A stretch of 52,881 nucleotides of DNA. Source: Gammaproteobacteria bacterium (GTDB taxonomy: Bacteria > Pseudomonadota > Gammaproteobacteria > GCA-002705445 > GCA-002716945). A program made the position numbers and the translations under genes. The stretch lies in NCBI GenBank assembly GCA_030835925.1, contig JAURQW010000017.1, positions 1 to 52,881 of the forward strand. The letters are read 5' to 3'. The notes beneath the pieces are model-generated. The model was given only the letters and a program-made list of their open reading frames with translations, did no database searches and was not told where the DNA came from. Shown piece by piece: positions 1-10,240 of this stretch (the stretch's first letter is position 1; the number at the start of each line of letters is the position of its first letter).

Positions 1-596
1 CTTAGATCAGAGTGATACACATCAGTTAAAACTTGATCATTTGTATAGGAATGTATTGTAGTCATAATCCCACTTTCAACAGTTAACTTATCATGGATAT
101 TTTTAATAAGAGGCGCAAGACAGTTCGTTGTGCAAGAAGCATTAGAAACAATCTGATGTGAGTTATTTAATATTTCATGATTAACACCGTATACAATGGT
201 CGCGTCTACATTAGCAGCTGGAGCTGATATCAATACTTTTTTAGCTCCTGCATTAATGTGGCTCATTGACTTTTCTTTTGATGCAAAAAATCCAGTGCAC
301 TCCATTACTACATCAATACCAAGATCTTTCCAAGGCAATTTAGACGGATCCCTCTCGCTTAAAACAAGTACCTCATCTTTATTATCAACAACTATTTTAT
401 TCTCCTTAATCTGCACGCTTTTATCGAATGGTCCATGTGCAGTATCATATTTTAAAAGATGTGCATTTATTTTTGTGTCTCCTAGATCATTAATAGCCAC
501 AATCTTTATCTCATTATTATTACCACTTTCATAATTAGCTCTAAAAACATTTCTACCAATTCTGCCAAATCCATTTATTGCTATATTTATAGTCAT
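1..596 (-). CDS. gap: Glyceraldehyde-3-phosphate dehydrogenase, type I (N-terminal ~198 aa; CDS runs off the left edge)
   Basis: Absent from the ORF track because it has no stop inside the window. My reverse-strand translation from the ATG at 596 gives [20 protein letters not shown] (NAD-binding INGFGRIGR). Further on it gives SNASCTTNC (catalytic Cys) and [20 protein letters not shown]. The gene lies 4 nt downstream of tkt. Confidence 0.9.
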   Translation of the reverse strand, partial: MTINIAINGFGRIGRNVFRANYESGNNNEIKIVAINDLGDTKINAHLLKYDTAHGPFDKSVQIKENKIVVDNKDEVLVLSERDPSKLPWKDLGIDVVMECTGFFASKEKSMSHINAGAKKVLISAPAANVDATIVYGVNHEILNNSHQIVSNASCTTNCLAPLIKNIHDKLTVESGIMTTIHSYTNDQVLTDVYHSDL

Positions 597-600
597 ATTG

Positions 601-2595
601 TTACCCGTTCTTTTTGATTAGTTTTTTAGTTTGTTTTATTACATTTGATGTTGTAAATCCAAAATGTTTCATTGCAACATCCCCTGGAGCTGAAACACCA
701 AATGAATCCATCGTAATCTTTGCACCCTTTTTACCTATTAGTATATCCCAACAAACACCTATGCCTGCTTCTACAGCAATAATATTATCAAAGTTATCAG
801 GAATAACGCTATTTCTATATGATTTTGATTGAGATAGAAATTCCTCAAGACATGGGATAGATACGACCCTAACTTCTAAACCATCATGTTTTAATTTATT
901 TGCGGCATCTACACAAAGATGTACTTCTGATCCTGATGATATAAGTATAACATCTACTTCTTTATTACAATCTTGTAAGACATACCCACCTTTTTTAATA
1001 TATCCAATTTGAATTTTCGATCTATACAATTCAGGTAAAGACTGTCTGGTTAAGACTAGAGAAGATGGTCCATCAATTTTATCTAGGCATGATTTCCATG
1101 ACATTGCCGTTTCTGTAACATCAGCTGGTCTCCATACACTCATGCCTGGTATTATTCTAAGCGATGTTAATTGCTCTATAGCTTGATGCGTTGGTCCGTC
1201 CTCTCCAAGACCGATTGAATCATGTGTAAAAACATTAATAACAGGAAGATGCATAAGAGCAGACATCCTGATAGCATTTTTAGCATATTCAGAAAATATT
1301 AAAAAAGTACTAGCATATGGTCTGAATCCTCCATGCAAATAAACCCCATTATTTATTGCACACATGCCAAACTCACGAACACCATAATGAATATATTTAC
1401 CTGAAGGATCCTTCTTGCTAAATGGTTTTGATTCAGGCCAAAAAACTAGATTAGATTCTTTAAGGTCAGCGGAGCCTCCGATTAATTCTGGTAGCAAAGG
1501 CCCTATATTCTCTAAAACAACTTGCGAGGATTTTCTTGTTGCCATCGATTTATCATTACTTGATATTAATGCGTCTATTTTTTTAGTCAGGCTAGAAGGA
1601 AGCTTATTATTTAGTCTTCTTTGAAGTTCGCTGTATAATTTTGGGTGTATTTTTTTGTATGATTTAAGCCTTTTATTCCACTTTGTCTCTAAAGTAGAAC
1701 CTGATTTTATAGCACTCCACTCTTTATAAATATATTTGGGTATTTCAAAAGGCTTATAATTCCATTTAAGATTCTCTCTGGTTAACTCTGCTTCAGCGCT
1801 ACCAAGTGGTGCTCCATGAACGCCACTTGTACCTTCTTTGTTTGGTGAGCCAAAGCCAATTTTTGTTTTCATACATATAATGGTTGGCTTAGATCTCTCA
1901 CGTTTAGCTCTTGAGATAGATTGTTCAATAGACTTGTGATCATGACCATTAATATTATCAATTACATTCCAGCCATAAGAATCAAACCTTTTTTTAATAT
2001 TTTCTGTAAAAGCTATTGATGTATCGCCATCAATAGAAATATTATTCATATCATATATTACTATTAATTTATTTAGCCCCAATGTGCCAGCAAGAGAGCA
2101 GACTTCATGGGAAATTCCTTCCATCAAACATCCGTCTCCGCTAAACACATATGTATAGTGATCAATTAAGTTATGATTTTTCGTGTTGAACTCAGCTGCG
2201 AGTGATTTCTCGGCTATTGCCATTCCGACAGCATTCGCTAAGCCTTGTCCAAGAGGTCCAGTTGTTGTCTCAACACCAGGCGTTATGTCACACTCTGGAT
2301 GGCCGGGAGTGATAGAATTTAACTGCCTAAAATTTTTAATATCATCTATTGATACATCGTAACCTGTTAGATGCAAAAGTGAATATAAAAGCATTGACCC
2401 GTGTCCATTCGAAAGAACAAACCTATCTCGATTTATCCAGTTAGGATTTTTAGGATTATGCTGTAAAAATTTTTTCCACAAAACATATGCAATATCTGCC
2501 ATACCCATCGGAGCACCAGGGTGACCAGACTTAGCCTTTTCAACAGCATCTAAGCTCAAAAATCTTATAGCATTAGCAAAATCTTTTTTATTCAT
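601..2595 (-). CDS. tkt: Transketolase
   Basis: 664 aa. Carries the [13 protein letters not shown]-terminal motif and the [12 protein letters not shown] thiamine-diphosphate motif, with a full-length TktA-like layout. Confidence 0.95.
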   Translation of the reverse strand: MNKKDFANAIRFLSLDAVEKAKSGHPGAPMGMADIAYVLWKKFLQHNPKNPNWINRDRFVLSNGHGSMLLYSLLHLTGYDVSIDDIKNFRQLNSITPGHPECDITPGVETTTGPLGQGLANAVGMAIAEKSLAAEFNTKNHNLIDHYTYVFSGDGCLMEGISHEVCSLAGTLGLNKLIVIYDMNNISIDGDTSIAFTENIKKRFDSYGWNVIDNINGHDHKSIEQSISRAKRERSKPTIICMKTKIGFGSPNKEGTSGVHGAPLGSAEAELTRENLKWNYKPFEIPKYIYKEWSAIKSGSTLETKWNKRLKSYKKIHPKLYSELQRRLNNKLPSSLTKKIDALISSNDKSMATRKSSQVVLENIGPLLPELIGGSADLKESNLVFWPESKPFSKKDPSGKYIHYGVREFGMCAINNGVYLHGGFRPYASTFLIFSEYAKNAIRMSALMHLPVINVFTHDSIGLGEDGPTHQAIEQLTSLRIIPGMSVWRPADVTETAMSWKSCLDKIDGPSSLVLTRQSLPELYRSKIQIGYIKKGGYVLQDCNKEVDVILISSGSEVHLCVDAANKLKHDGLEVRVVSIPCLEEFLSQSKSYRNSVIPDNFDNIIAVEAGIGVCWDILIGKKGAKITMDSFGVSAPGDVAMKHFGFTTSNVIKQTKKLIKKNG

Positions 2596-2608
2596 AATTA
2601 AAATCTAC

Positions 2609-3163
2609 TCACTCTCTCCATTTAATTGAACACCCTATACTTGGGGTCTGTGTAGTAGGCCCCTTGCCTGTCCTTGAAATTAGAAACATCGCTTTAAAAA
2701 GGTCGCTTTGATTTGGATTGTTTGAAGATTCCATTCCTCTGTCATCAAACCTACCACGGTATTGTAATTCAAGATCTGAATTATATCCAAAAAAATCCGG
2801 TGTACAAACTGATCCATATTTTTTAGCAACTTCCTGTTGATCATCTAATAAATATGGAAAACCAAAACCATAGTTCTTGGAGATTTTCTGCATGTTATCA
2901 AATGAGTCATCTGGAAATGAAATATAGTCATTAGGGTTAATAGCCACTACACCGATGCCCTTCATAGCAAGAACATCTGTCTCAACAACAAGCTTATCAA
3001 GTATAACTTTAACAAAAGGGCAATGATTACATATAAACATCACTAATAGCCCCTTATTACCCTTACATTTATCTAGTGACCATATGTTATTATCAGTACC
3101 TTTTAACTTAAAATCATGAGCATTTTCGCCAAAGTTACAGATTGGTGTAGATAATTTAGCCAT
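2609..3163 (-). CDS. Thioredoxin-fold (redoxin/AhpC-TSA-like) thiol-disulfide oxidoreductase
   Basis: 184 aa. CxxC-type motif CNHCP within LLVMFICNHCPFV, at the spacing typical of thioredoxin-family proteins. Confidence 0.6.
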   Translation of the reverse strand: MAKLSTPICNFGENAHDFKLKGTDNNIWSLDKCKGNKGLLVMFICNHCPFVKVILDKLVVETDVLAMKGIGVVAINPNDYISFPDDSFDNMQKISKNYGFGFPYLLDDQQEVAKKYGSVCTPDFFGYNSDLELQYRGRFDDRGMESSNNPNQSDLFKAMFLISRTGKGPTTQTPSIGCSIKWRE

Positions 3164-3281
3164 CTTAAATATTTGAATAACCCCTAAAGTAGCATTATTA
3201 TATAAACGGTGAACCCATTTATTTGTTTAATACAGTATTATTGATGATATAATACATCATTTTTTAGCAACTTAGTATCTT

Positions 3282-5195
3282 ATGGCAAATTCAAATATAT
3301 CAAAAAGTAAACAAAAAGAGATAAAAGAACTGATAGAGCTGGGTAGAAAACAGGGATATTTAACTGTTTCTGCCATTAATGATCTTTTGCCTAATAATCA
3401 ATATGATAATGATCAAATTGAGCAAATTACTAAACTCATCACTGATCTGAAGATCAAAGTAGTTGAATCAGCCAAAGAGGCTGAAAACGACCCCATTCTT
3501 AATGATGAAGAAATAACAGATGATGATGATAGTGAAATCACTGAAGATGAAGCAGTAGAAGTATTGTCAAGCCTTGATGAGGAGTTTGGAAGAACATCAG
3601 ATCCAGTCAGGATGTATATGAGGGAAATGGGTACAGTTGAACTTTTGAATAGAGCTGGTGAAATAGTAATAGCAAAGAAAATAGAAGAAGGTCAAAAATT
3701 AATCTATCATGCCATACAAAGGTTTCCAGAATCTGCAGCTTTTTTTGTAGATACATTTAGAAATATAGATAATGAAGAAGAAATTGATTCTTTAATAGGC
3801 GACTATGTACTAGATATTAAGTCTGAGAATTCAGAAGAGTTTAAATCTGACCAGATCCCCGAAAATAGCCCAAATGTCTTGAAAATGGCAGAAGAGAAAG
3901 ATAACAAAGACGTTGTTGTTAACGATATAAATGATGATGTTTCCGAAGATTCAAGCGAAGAAGATGATGAGGACGAAGTAATAGATAACTCTCCAGACAA
4001 AGAGATGGTTATAAATGCGGTTAATGAAATAACTGGATTATATTTTGAATATAGCACGTATAAAAAAAATAAAGATGAAAGATATAAAGAAGTATTTAAT
4101 GAGATAAGAGATAAGACGGCAAACTTTAAATTTACTACTTTGTTCAAAGAAAAACTTACAAATAAAATTGAAAGTTTAACTGCACATATCTCAAAGTTAG
4201 AGAGAGAAATAAGGAAAGTATGTCTTGAGACCCTTAATATTCCTAAAAAGGTACTAATCACTGAACTTAAGGATAATGTAAATGATCTAAGTTTCGCTGA
4301 CAAATATATAGAAAAATCTAACTTAGATGATAACGCTAAACAATTAGCAAAAAATCAATTAAACAAGTTTCAAAAAAAGCTCACAGCAATAGAAGAAGAT
4401 CAAGATATATCTATAAATGAAATAAAGAAAATCAATAAAGACAGAAGAGTTGGTGAACTCAAAGAAAGGAATGCAAAAAAAGAGATGGTTGAGGCCAACC
4501 TAAGACTTGTAATATCAATAGCAAAGAAATATACAAATAGAGGCTTACAATTTCTAGATCTAATCCAAGAGGGAAATATAGGTTTGATGAAAGCAGTTGA
4601 TAAGTTTGAGTATAGAAGAGGTTATAAATTCTCAACATATGCTACATGGTGGATAAGACAAGCTATAACAAGATCTATTGCAGACCAAGCACGCACAATC
4701 AGAATACCTGTTCATATGATAGAGACAATTAATAAGTTAAATAGAATTCAAAGAAAACTGTTACAAGAAAATGGTAAAGAGGCTACGCCAGAGGAGTTAG
4801 CTGAACATATGGAAATGCCAGAAGATAAAGTTAGACGAGTCCTAAAAATAGCTAAAGAACCAATATCTATGGAATCTCCTGTTGGGGATGATGAGGATTC
4901 ACATTTGGGAGACTTTATCGAAGATGAAAATGCAGAGAAACCATTAGATGAAACAATTAATACAGGATTGTCTGATTCTACAAGAGAAATATTATCAAGT
5001 TTAACGCCGAGGGAAGCAAAAGTACTAAGAATGAGATTTGGCATAGATATGAATACAGACCATACATTAGAAGAGGTTGGCAAACAATTCGATGTTACTA
5101 GAGAAAGAATACGCCAAATCGAAGCAAAAGCTCTAAGAAAATTAAGACACCCATCAAGAGCCCATAACTTAAAAAGTTTTTTAGATAATGAATGA
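3282..5195 (+). CDS. rpoD: RNA polymerase primary sigma factor sigma-70
   Basis: 637 aa. Region 2 reads [27 protein letters not shown] and region 4.2 reads [30 protein letters not shown]. An acidic non-conserved spacer is present, as is typical of RpoD. Confidence 0.95.
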   Translation: MANSNISKSKQKEIKELIELGRKQGYLTVSAINDLLPNNQYDNDQIEQITKLITDLKIKVVESAKEAENDPILNDEEITDDDDSEITEDEAVEVLSSLDEEFGRTSDPVRMYMREMGTVELLNRAGEIVIAKKIEEGQKLIYHAIQRFPESAAFFVDTFRNIDNEEEIDSLIGDYVLDIKSENSEEFKSDQIPENSPNVLKMAEEKDNKDVVVNDINDDVSEDSSEEDDEDEVIDNSPDKEMVINAVNEITGLYFEYSTYKKNKDERYKEVFNEIRDKTANFKFTTLFKEKLTNKIESLTAHISKLEREIRKVCLETLNIPKKVLITELKDNVNDLSFADKYIEKSNLDDNAKQLAKNQLNKFQKKLTAIEEDQDISINEIKKINKDRRVGELKERNAKKEMVEANLRLVISIAKKYTNRGLQFLDLIQEGNIGLMKAVDKFEYRRGYKFSTYATWWIRQAITRSIADQARTIRIPVHMIETINKLNRIQRKLLQENGKEATPEELAEHMEMPEDKVRRVLKIAKEPISMESPVGDDEDSHLGDFIEDENAEKPLDETINTGLSDSTREILSSLTPREAKVLRMRFGIDMNTDHTLEEVGKQFDVTRERIRQIEAKALRKLRHPSRAHNLKSFLDNE

Positions 5196-5658
5196 AAAAG
5201 CAATATTAGCTGCTGGATGCTTTTGGGGTATTGAAGAAAAGTTTAATTCCATAGAAGGTGTAATTGAAACAGAAGTGGGTTATATAGGTGGCAAGTTAAT
5301 TAACCCAAGTTACGAAGATGTTTGCAAAGGTGACACTTATCATGCTGAAGCTGTTAGAATATTTTTTGATGACAGTAAATTAAGTTTTGATCATTTGCTC
5401 GATGTATTTTTTGATATCCATGATCCTACAACTATGAATAGACAGGGTGTAGACATAGGAACGCAATATAGATCTGCTATATTTTATCAGAATGATTTCC
5501 AAAAACTTTCTAGTGAAAATAAAATAAAAGAATTGAATAGAAGTAAGTTTAACAATAATATAGTTACAACTCTTGAATATAGCGATGATTTTTGGATAGC
5601 CGAAGAATATCATCAGAAGTATTTGAAGAAAAAACGATTTAATTTTTTTACTAAGTAA
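5188..5658 (+). CDS. msrA: Peptide-methionine (S)-S-oxide reductase
   Basis: 156 aa. Catalytic GCFWG motif at the N-terminus ([15 protein letters not shown]). The start overlaps the rpoD stop by 8 nt. Confidence 0.9.
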   Translation: MNEKAILAAGCFWGIEEKFNSIEGVIETEVGYIGGKLINPSYEDVCKGDTYHAEAVRIFFDDSKLSFDHLLDVFFDIHDPTTMNRQGVDIGTQYRSAIFYQNDFQKLSSENKIKELNRSKFNNNIVTTLEYSDDFWIAEEYHQKYLKKKRFNFFTK

Positions 5659-5660
5659 TC

Positions 5661-5734
5661 GGGCCTGTAGCTCAGTTGGTTAGAGCAGTGCACTCATAAT
5701 GCATTGGTCGGAGGTTCGAGTCCTCCCGGGCCCA
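5661..5734 (+). tRNA. tRNA with CAU anticodon. The lysidine-type tRNA-Ile2 is favoured; elongator tRNA-Met is not excluded.
   Basis: Hand-folded cloverleaf. Acceptor GGGCCTG/CGGGCCC, D arm GCTC-AGTTGGTTA-GAGC, anticodon arm GTGCA-CTCATAA-TGCAT, T arm GGAGG-TTCGAGT-CCTCC, discriminator A. No encoded CCA. The C4-G69 and C5-G68 pairs, and the position just downstream of rpoD, resemble E. coli ileX. Confidence 0.85.
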
Positions 5735-5868
5735 AATTTATTTATAAAATTTTTATTTTATCAGGTTGAAGAAATGATCCACTGATCTTTGGTATATTGA
5801 ATTATATTGATTTCATATTATTTTTAGTAATTATGATAACACCACATAATTATGTAAGAATATTTCCC

Positions 5869-5897
5869 TTGACACGCATATAACTATATAATAATAT
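5869..5897 (+). promoter_or_regulatory. Sigma-70-like promoter motif (TTGACA-N17-TAATAT)
   Basis: Exact TTGACA at 5869-5874, a 17-nt spacer, then TAATAT at 5892-5897. It points at the hairpin at 5921-5943, and no ORF lies downstream. -10-like hexamers are common by chance in AT-rich DNA. Confidence 0.2.
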
Positions 5898-5920
5898 TCT
5901 TATATACCTCCTTCGTAGTT

Positions 5921-5943
5921 AAGCCAGATTTTAAATCTGGCTT
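5921..5943 (-). terminator. Perfect 10-bp hairpin immediately after the stop of the tat/histidine-phosphatase gene run
   Basis: AAGCCAGATT-tta-AATCTGGCTT starts 2 nt beyond the TAG at 5945-5947. There is no clear U-tract on the minus strand; a short TTT follows on the plus strand. Confidence 0.4.
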
Positions 5944-5944
5944 T

Positions 5945-6481
5945 CTATACTTTGAAAACTGTACCAACTTTAATTTCAAAATCTTTTACATTATCTTCCG
6001 TATTTACACCAAATAATACGGATATTGCTCTTATTGTGTTACCATGAGAAACAACAAGAATATTACCTTGATCAGGTAACTGTTTTATAAAAGGATCTAC
6101 TCTAAGACTCACATCTTTTAAACTTTCACCATTAGGCGGACTAGTTTCCCATCCTCTTCTTGCTGCATAATAACTTGCTTCGCCTTCTGAGAGTTTTACG
6201 TCTTCTTTGTTTTTAGCTGACCAATCACCATAACTACGTTCTTTTAATCTATCATCTATAATTATTTTTTGATCATCTATTAATATTTTAGCAGTACTTA
6301 AAGCTCTTTTAAGAGGAGATGAATAAACCATGTCAAACTTGATACCATATAACTCCTCTTTTAGCTCATGAGCAATATGGATTCCATGTTCTGTAAGTTC
6401 TGGGTCATGCCAACCAGTAAATAATTTTTTTTTGTTATACTCAGACTGTGCATGTCTTACAAACCAGATTTTTCTATCCAT
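5945..6481 (-). CDS. Histidine phosphatase family protein (short dPGM/GpmA-like)
   Basis: Has the RHG-type motif WFVRHAQSEYN, then FTGWHDPELTEHG, and the second catalytic His in VVSHGNTIRA. The ATG at 6481 is preferred over the track start at 6499, which would overlap tatC. Confidence 0.7.
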   Translation of the reverse strand: MDRKIWFVRHAQSEYNKKKLFTGWHDPELTEHGIHIAHELKEELYGIKFDMVYSSPLKRALSTAKILIDDQKIIIDDRLKERSYGDWSAKNKEDVKLSEGEASYYAARRGWETSPPNGESLKDVSLRVDPFIKQLPDQGNILVVSHGNTIRAISVLFGVNTEDNVKDFEIKVGTVFKV

Positions 6482-6482
6482 G

Positions 6483-7283
6483 TTATTTATCATCCTCATT
6501 TTTATTATTTGGCTCTACAACATCATGCAAAACTTCATTACTATTAAATTTATTTTTTATTAGAATTTTTGAAAAGACTATTCCTACTTCAAATAGTAAC
6601 CATATTGGAATAGCTAATAAAGTTTGAGATATAACATCTGGCGGTGTTAATAACATTCCAACAATAAATGCTCCAACAATAACATATGGTCTTTTGGCAG
6701 ACAAACTTTTCGGTGTACTGACATTAGTTAATACTAATATTACAGTTACTACGGGAACCTCGAATGCAAAACCGAAAGCAAAAAATAATGTAATTACAAA
6801 ATCTAAATATCTACTAATATCAGTCATTACAGAAATACCCTCTGGCGCTATACTAATAAAAAAAGCGAATATCAAAGGAAATACAACAAAGTATGCAAAG
6901 GCTGCTCCAAGATAAAAGAGTATACTGCTTGAGATTAAGATTGGTAGAACTAATTTTTTTTCTTTTTCGTATAAACCTGGCGCTGTGAACATCCACAGAT
7001 GATATAACAAGTATGGTATAGAAATAAACACCGCAAGTATCATTACTAATTTGAAAGGAATAAAAAATGGAGATGCGACATCAATCGCTATCATGCTACT
7101 ACCTGTTGGTAACTTTGATATTAGAGGCTCAGCGAGTTGGTTATAAATTATATCTGAAAATGGAAACAGTATTAAAAAGAAAATAAGGACACATATTAAT
7201 GATTTTGATATTCTTGTCTTAAGCTCCTTAAAGTGGGGGACGAGAGATTTATAGCCAGTGGCAATGTCTTCTTTAGAATCCAT
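6483..7283 (-). CDS. tatC: Sec-independent (twin-arginine) translocase subunit TatC
   Basis: 266 aa polytopic membrane protein. The HFKELKTRI N-terminal motif is typical of TatC, and the gene follows tatA-tatB. Confidence 0.9.
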   Translation of the reverse strand: MDSKEDIATGYKSLVPHFKELKTRISKSLICVLIFFLILFPFSDIIYNQLAEPLISKLPTGSSMIAIDVASPFFIPFKLVMILAVFISIPYLLYHLWMFTAPGLYEKEKKLVLPILISSSILFYLGAAFAYFVVFPLIFAFFISIAPEGISVMTDISRYLDFVITLFFAFGFAFEVPVVTVILVLTNVSTPKSLSAKRPYVIVGAFIVGMLLTPPDVISQTLLAIPIWLLFEVGIVFSKILIKNKFNSNEVLHDVVEPNNKNEDDK

Positions 7284-7549
7284 TATTTCTGGTTATCCGT
7301 TTTCTTATCATTAATCTCTTTTTGTAAAAAATCCATGGATGATTTTTGATCATCTAAAAGTTTATTGATTTGATTTGTTGGTTCTTCTGCTTCTTGTTGA
7401 ATAGAATCTTTTAGTTCAAAAAAGTATCTCTGAAATTTTCCAAACCATCTACCCAAATGCCCTGCTATTGTAGGCAACCTGTCTGGTCCTACAACAAACA
7501 GTAGTAAGATAAATATTAAAAAAAGTTCCCAGAAACCTATATCAAACAT
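7283..7549 (-). CDS. tatB: Twin-arginine translocase subunit TatB
   Basis: 88 aa. MFDIGFWELFLIFILLLFVVGPDRLP is the canonical TatB N-terminus. Its stop overlaps the tatC start by 1 nt. Confidence 0.8.
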   Translation of the reverse strand: MFDIGFWELFLIFILLLFVVGPDRLPTIAGHLGRWFGKFQRYFFELKDSIQQEAEEPTNQINKLLDDQKSSMDFLQKEINDKKTDNQK

Positions 7550-7555
7550 AAACTA

Positions 7556-7753
7556 TTATTTATTTTCTTCTTTAGCAGAAGTTTTACTTGAAACAGTTTT
7601 ACTAGATGAACCGTCTTCTCTTGAAGACTTTTTGAAACTTTTAATTGCTGAGCCTAAATCAGCTCCAACATTTCTCAGTTTTTTTGTTCCGAATAAAACA
7701 ACTACTATGATTAATATTAATAATATTGACCAAGGTGATATACCGCTTAACAT
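7556..7753 (-). CDS. tatA: Twin-arginine translocase subunit TatA
   Basis: 65 aa. A single transmembrane segment plus an amphipathic helix ([32 protein letters not shown]). Confidence 0.85.
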   Translation of the reverse strand: MLSGISPWSILLILIIVVVLFGTKKLRNVGADLGSAIKSFKKSSREDGSSSKTVSSKTSAKEENK

Positions 7754-7762
7754 GTTAATACC

Positions 7763-8092
7763 TCATTTTTTTCTTAATCTTTTCTCGTCTATGCCAGACA
7801 GCCCAAATCTACTTTCGAGTTCTTTTAGAATATCACTTGATGATATTTCATTCAAAGATAAAGAGACTAATGTATGAAACCATAGATCTGCAGCCTCATG
7901 GATCATATGACTACGATCAGAATTTTCTGTCGATTCTATGTACTCAGTGCATTCTTCCTGAATTTTACTATTTATGTATGAATTACCTCTACTATAAAGA
8001 TCTGATACATATGATTCATTTGAGCTAGCATTTTTTCTATCTTTCAAAACCAAGTCTAATTCATCTAATACATTTAATTTACTGTCATTCAT
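7763..8092 (-). CDS. hisE: Phosphoribosyl-ATP pyrophosphatase
   Basis: HisE-like SYVSDLY...KIQEECTEYIES...EAADLWFHTLV...ELESRFGLSG. The track start at 8110 is a TTG, so the ATG at 8092 (MNDSKLNVL) is preferred. Confidence 0.8.
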   Translation of the reverse strand: MNDSKLNVLDELDLVLKDRKNASSNESYVSDLYSRGNSYINSKIQEECTEYIESTENSDRSHMIHEAADLWFHTLVSLSLNEISSSDILKELESRFGLSGIDEKRLRKK

Positions 8093-8114
8093 TAATATAG
8101 AGTAACACAAAAGA

Positions 8115-8876
8115 CTAATCTCGCACTAAAACTCCATTCTTTTTCAAATAATCTTTTACGTCTGATACTGTATATATTGAGTAGTGAAATATACTTGCGG
8201 CCAGAACTGCATCAGCAAACCCATTGGTAATAGCATCTTTTAGATGTTCTAGTGTTCCAGCACCGCCAGAAGCAATAACAGGTATAGAAATACTATCAGA
8301 AATAGTATGTAACAACTCAATATCAAATCCACTCTTAGTGCCATCTTTGTCCATGCTCGTTAGCAAAATTTCACCAGCTCCTCTTTTTTGTAAATCTTTT
8401 GACCACTCACCAACATCTATGCCTGTGGAATTCCTTCCGCCATGTGTAAATACTTCCCATGATTGATCATTAGTTTTTTTGGCATCGATAGCCGCAACAA
8501 TACATTGTCTACCAATCTTATCAGTGACCTTATTAATTAAATCAGGATTTTCAACCGCCGCACTATTAATGGCAACCTTATCGGCGCCTGCTTGTAGTAA
8601 GGTTAGGACATCTTCATATTTTGAGACTCCTCCACCAACTGTTAAAGGGATAAAAACCTCTGAAGCAACTTTTTCAACTATATCTATTATCGTCTTCCTT
8701 TTTTCATGAGTAGCAGTTATATCAAGAAAAGCAATTTCATCAGCGCCTGCTTTATCATATTTCTTGGCAACCTCAACAGGATCCCCGGCATCAATGATAT
8801 TAATAAAATTAGTGCCTTTAACAACCCTGCCATTATCGACATCTAAACATGGTATTATTCTTTTATATAATGACAT
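8115..8876 (-). CDS. hisF: Imidazole glycerol phosphate synthase cyclase subunit
   Basis: 253 aa. [18 protein letters not shown]-terminus, with TIM-barrel HisF motifs (LTVGGGV, ASGGAG). Confidence 0.95.
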   Translation of the reverse strand: MSLYKRIIPCLDVDNGRVVKGTNFINIIDAGDPVEVAKKYDKAGADEIAFLDITATHEKRKTIIDIVEKVASEVFIPLTVGGGVSKYEDVLTLLQAGADKVAINSAAVENPDLINKVTDKIGRQCIVAAIDAKKTNDQSWEVFTHGGRNSTGIDVGEWSKDLQKRGAGEILLTSMDKDGTKSGFDIELLHTISDSISIPVIASGGAGTLEHLKDAITNGFADAVLAASIFHYSIYTVSDVKDYLKKNGVLVRD

Positions 8877-9605
8877 TTAGTTACCAACAGTTTTAAATAT
8901 ATCTATCAAGTTAACTTTTTTTTCATAAAGGGCCTTGCCAATTATAACTCCTGAAACACCTTGATCACTAATTTTACTTAACTCTCTGATATCACTAATT
9001 GAGGTAACACCTCCCGAAGCAATTAAAGGTATCGATGTTATATTAAGAATTTTTTTCATTTCATGAAAGTTCATTCCGCTCAACATCCCATCTTTATCTA
9101 CGTCTGTATAAACTATTTCAGATATATTATTTTTTTCTAAAATATATAGATAATCTTCAATAGTGTGTTCTGATTCCGTTTCCCAGCCATGGACAGCTAA
9201 TTTCATGTTCTTTACTGCCAAGTCTATAATTATTCTATCTTTTATTTCATTTGGAATAGATTCTAGAAACAATGGGTCAGACAATGCCTTTGTGCCTATT
9301 ATCAATTTATTGATGCCTATATCAAGGTATTTAGTAATAGTCGCAATGCTCCTAATTCCACCTCCTATTTGTATGTAAATATCAGGGTATGTAGACCTAA
9401 TTTTTTGAATAATGTCATAATTAATAGTTTCACCATCTTTAGCGCCATCCAAATCAACAATATGAATACTTGAAGCTCCTTGAGCTATCCAATTTTTAGC
9501 TACAGATAATGGGTTGTCGAAATAATGAGTGACTTTAGAATAATCGCCTTTAGCAAGTCTAACGCATTTCCCATCTTTAATATCAATTGCTGGCAAAATT
9601 CTCAT
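8877..9605 (-). CDS. hisA: ProFAR isomerase
   Basis: MRILPAIDIKDGKCVRL N-terminus, plus IQIGGGIRS and IASGGV. The internal ATG at 9605 (or 9608) is preferred over the track start at 9623, giving a 1-nt overlap with the hisH stop. Confidence 0.9.
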   Translation of the reverse strand: MRILPAIDIKDGKCVRLAKGDYSKVTHYFDNPLSVAKNWIAQGASSIHIVDLDGAKDGETINYDIIQKIRSTYPDIYIQIGGGIRSIATITKYLDIGINKLIIGTKALSDPLFLESIPNEIKDRIIIDLAVKNMKLAVHGWETESEHTIEDYLYILEKNNISEIVYTDVDKDGMLSGMNFHEMKKILNITSIPLIASGGVTSISDIRELSKISDQGVSGVIIGKALYEKKVNLIDIFKTVGN

Positions 9606-10240
9606 CATAAGACTCCATCCCAACTAATAAAATTTCTAAGTAGACTCAGACCAGGCTCTGAACTTTTTTCAGGGTGGAATTGCACAGCAGTTAGATTGTC
9701 CCTTGCAATAGAAGATGTAAAATTTATGCCATACTCTGTCATAGATATGGAGTCGTTGATGTCAGCAGGTTCAACATAGTAGCTATGGACAAAATAAAAA
9801 AATGAATTGTCCGGGATACCACTCCATATTGGATGAGTTTTGTTTTGCTGTACTTTATTCCAACCCATATGAGGTATTTTTAGTGTTTTCCCAATCTTGT
9901 TTTTGAAACTCAACACACTCCCATCAATAACATCAAGACAGTTGACCCCATTATTTTCATCACTATTTGACATCAAAACCTGTAACCCCATACATATCCC
10001 TAGAAAGGGTTTTTGCGAGATTAAGTTTTTAAGCTCAACAACGTCATAGTGTTTTTTGATACTACTCATACATTCAGACGCAGCTCCTTGCCCTGGGAAA
10101 ATTATATGAGAACTATTTTTGATATCATTAATAGAATTAGAAATCTTAATTTTTGAGTTCTTGTCAACAACTTTCACAAGAGATTTATAAACACTATGTA
10201 TGTTGCCCATTCCATAGTCAATAATAACAACTTCGACCAT
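9605..10240 (-). CDS. hisH: Imidazole glycerol phosphate synthase glutamine amidotransferase subunit
   Basis: 211 aa. DYGMGNIHSV, nucleophile Cys in GICMGLQ, and FHPEKS near the C-terminus. Confidence 0.9.
   Translation of the reverse strand: MVEVVIIDYGMGNIHSVYKSLVKVVDKNSKIKISNSINDIKNSSHIIFPGQGAASECMSSIKKHYDVVELKNLISQKPFLGICMGLQVLMSNSDENNGVNCLDVIDGSVLSFKNKIGKTLKIPHMGWNKVQQNKTHPIWSGIPDNSFFYFVHSYYVEPADINDSISMTEYGINFTSSIARDNLTAVQFHPEKSSEPGLSLLRNFISWDGVL

Noticed and set aside
196-534. 112-aa plus-strand ORF from the track.
   Set aside because: It lies entirely antisense to the unmistakable GAPDH coding frame ([18 protein letters not shown]) and has no recognisable motifs. It is a shadow ORF.
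3480-4010. Acidic low-complexity stretch ([23 protein letters not shown]) in rpoD as a repeat or insertion.
   Set aside because: This is the normal acidic region 1.1 and non-conserved spacer of primary sigma factors. No nucleotide-level tandem repeat is present.
3803-5203. Two long minus-strand ORFs (3803-4303, 166 aa; 4748-5203, 151 aa) inside rpoD.
   Set aside because: They are Ser/Leu/Phe-rich low-complexity translations, the mirror image of the GAA/GAT/AAA-rich rpoD frame. rpoD identity on the plus strand is certain.
5661-5944. tRNA gene as an integration hotspot, or remnant genomic island or prophage.
   Set aside because: No integrase, phage or transposase gene follows. Only 210 bp separate the tRNA from core tat/his genes, and I found no repeat of the tRNA 3' end nearby.
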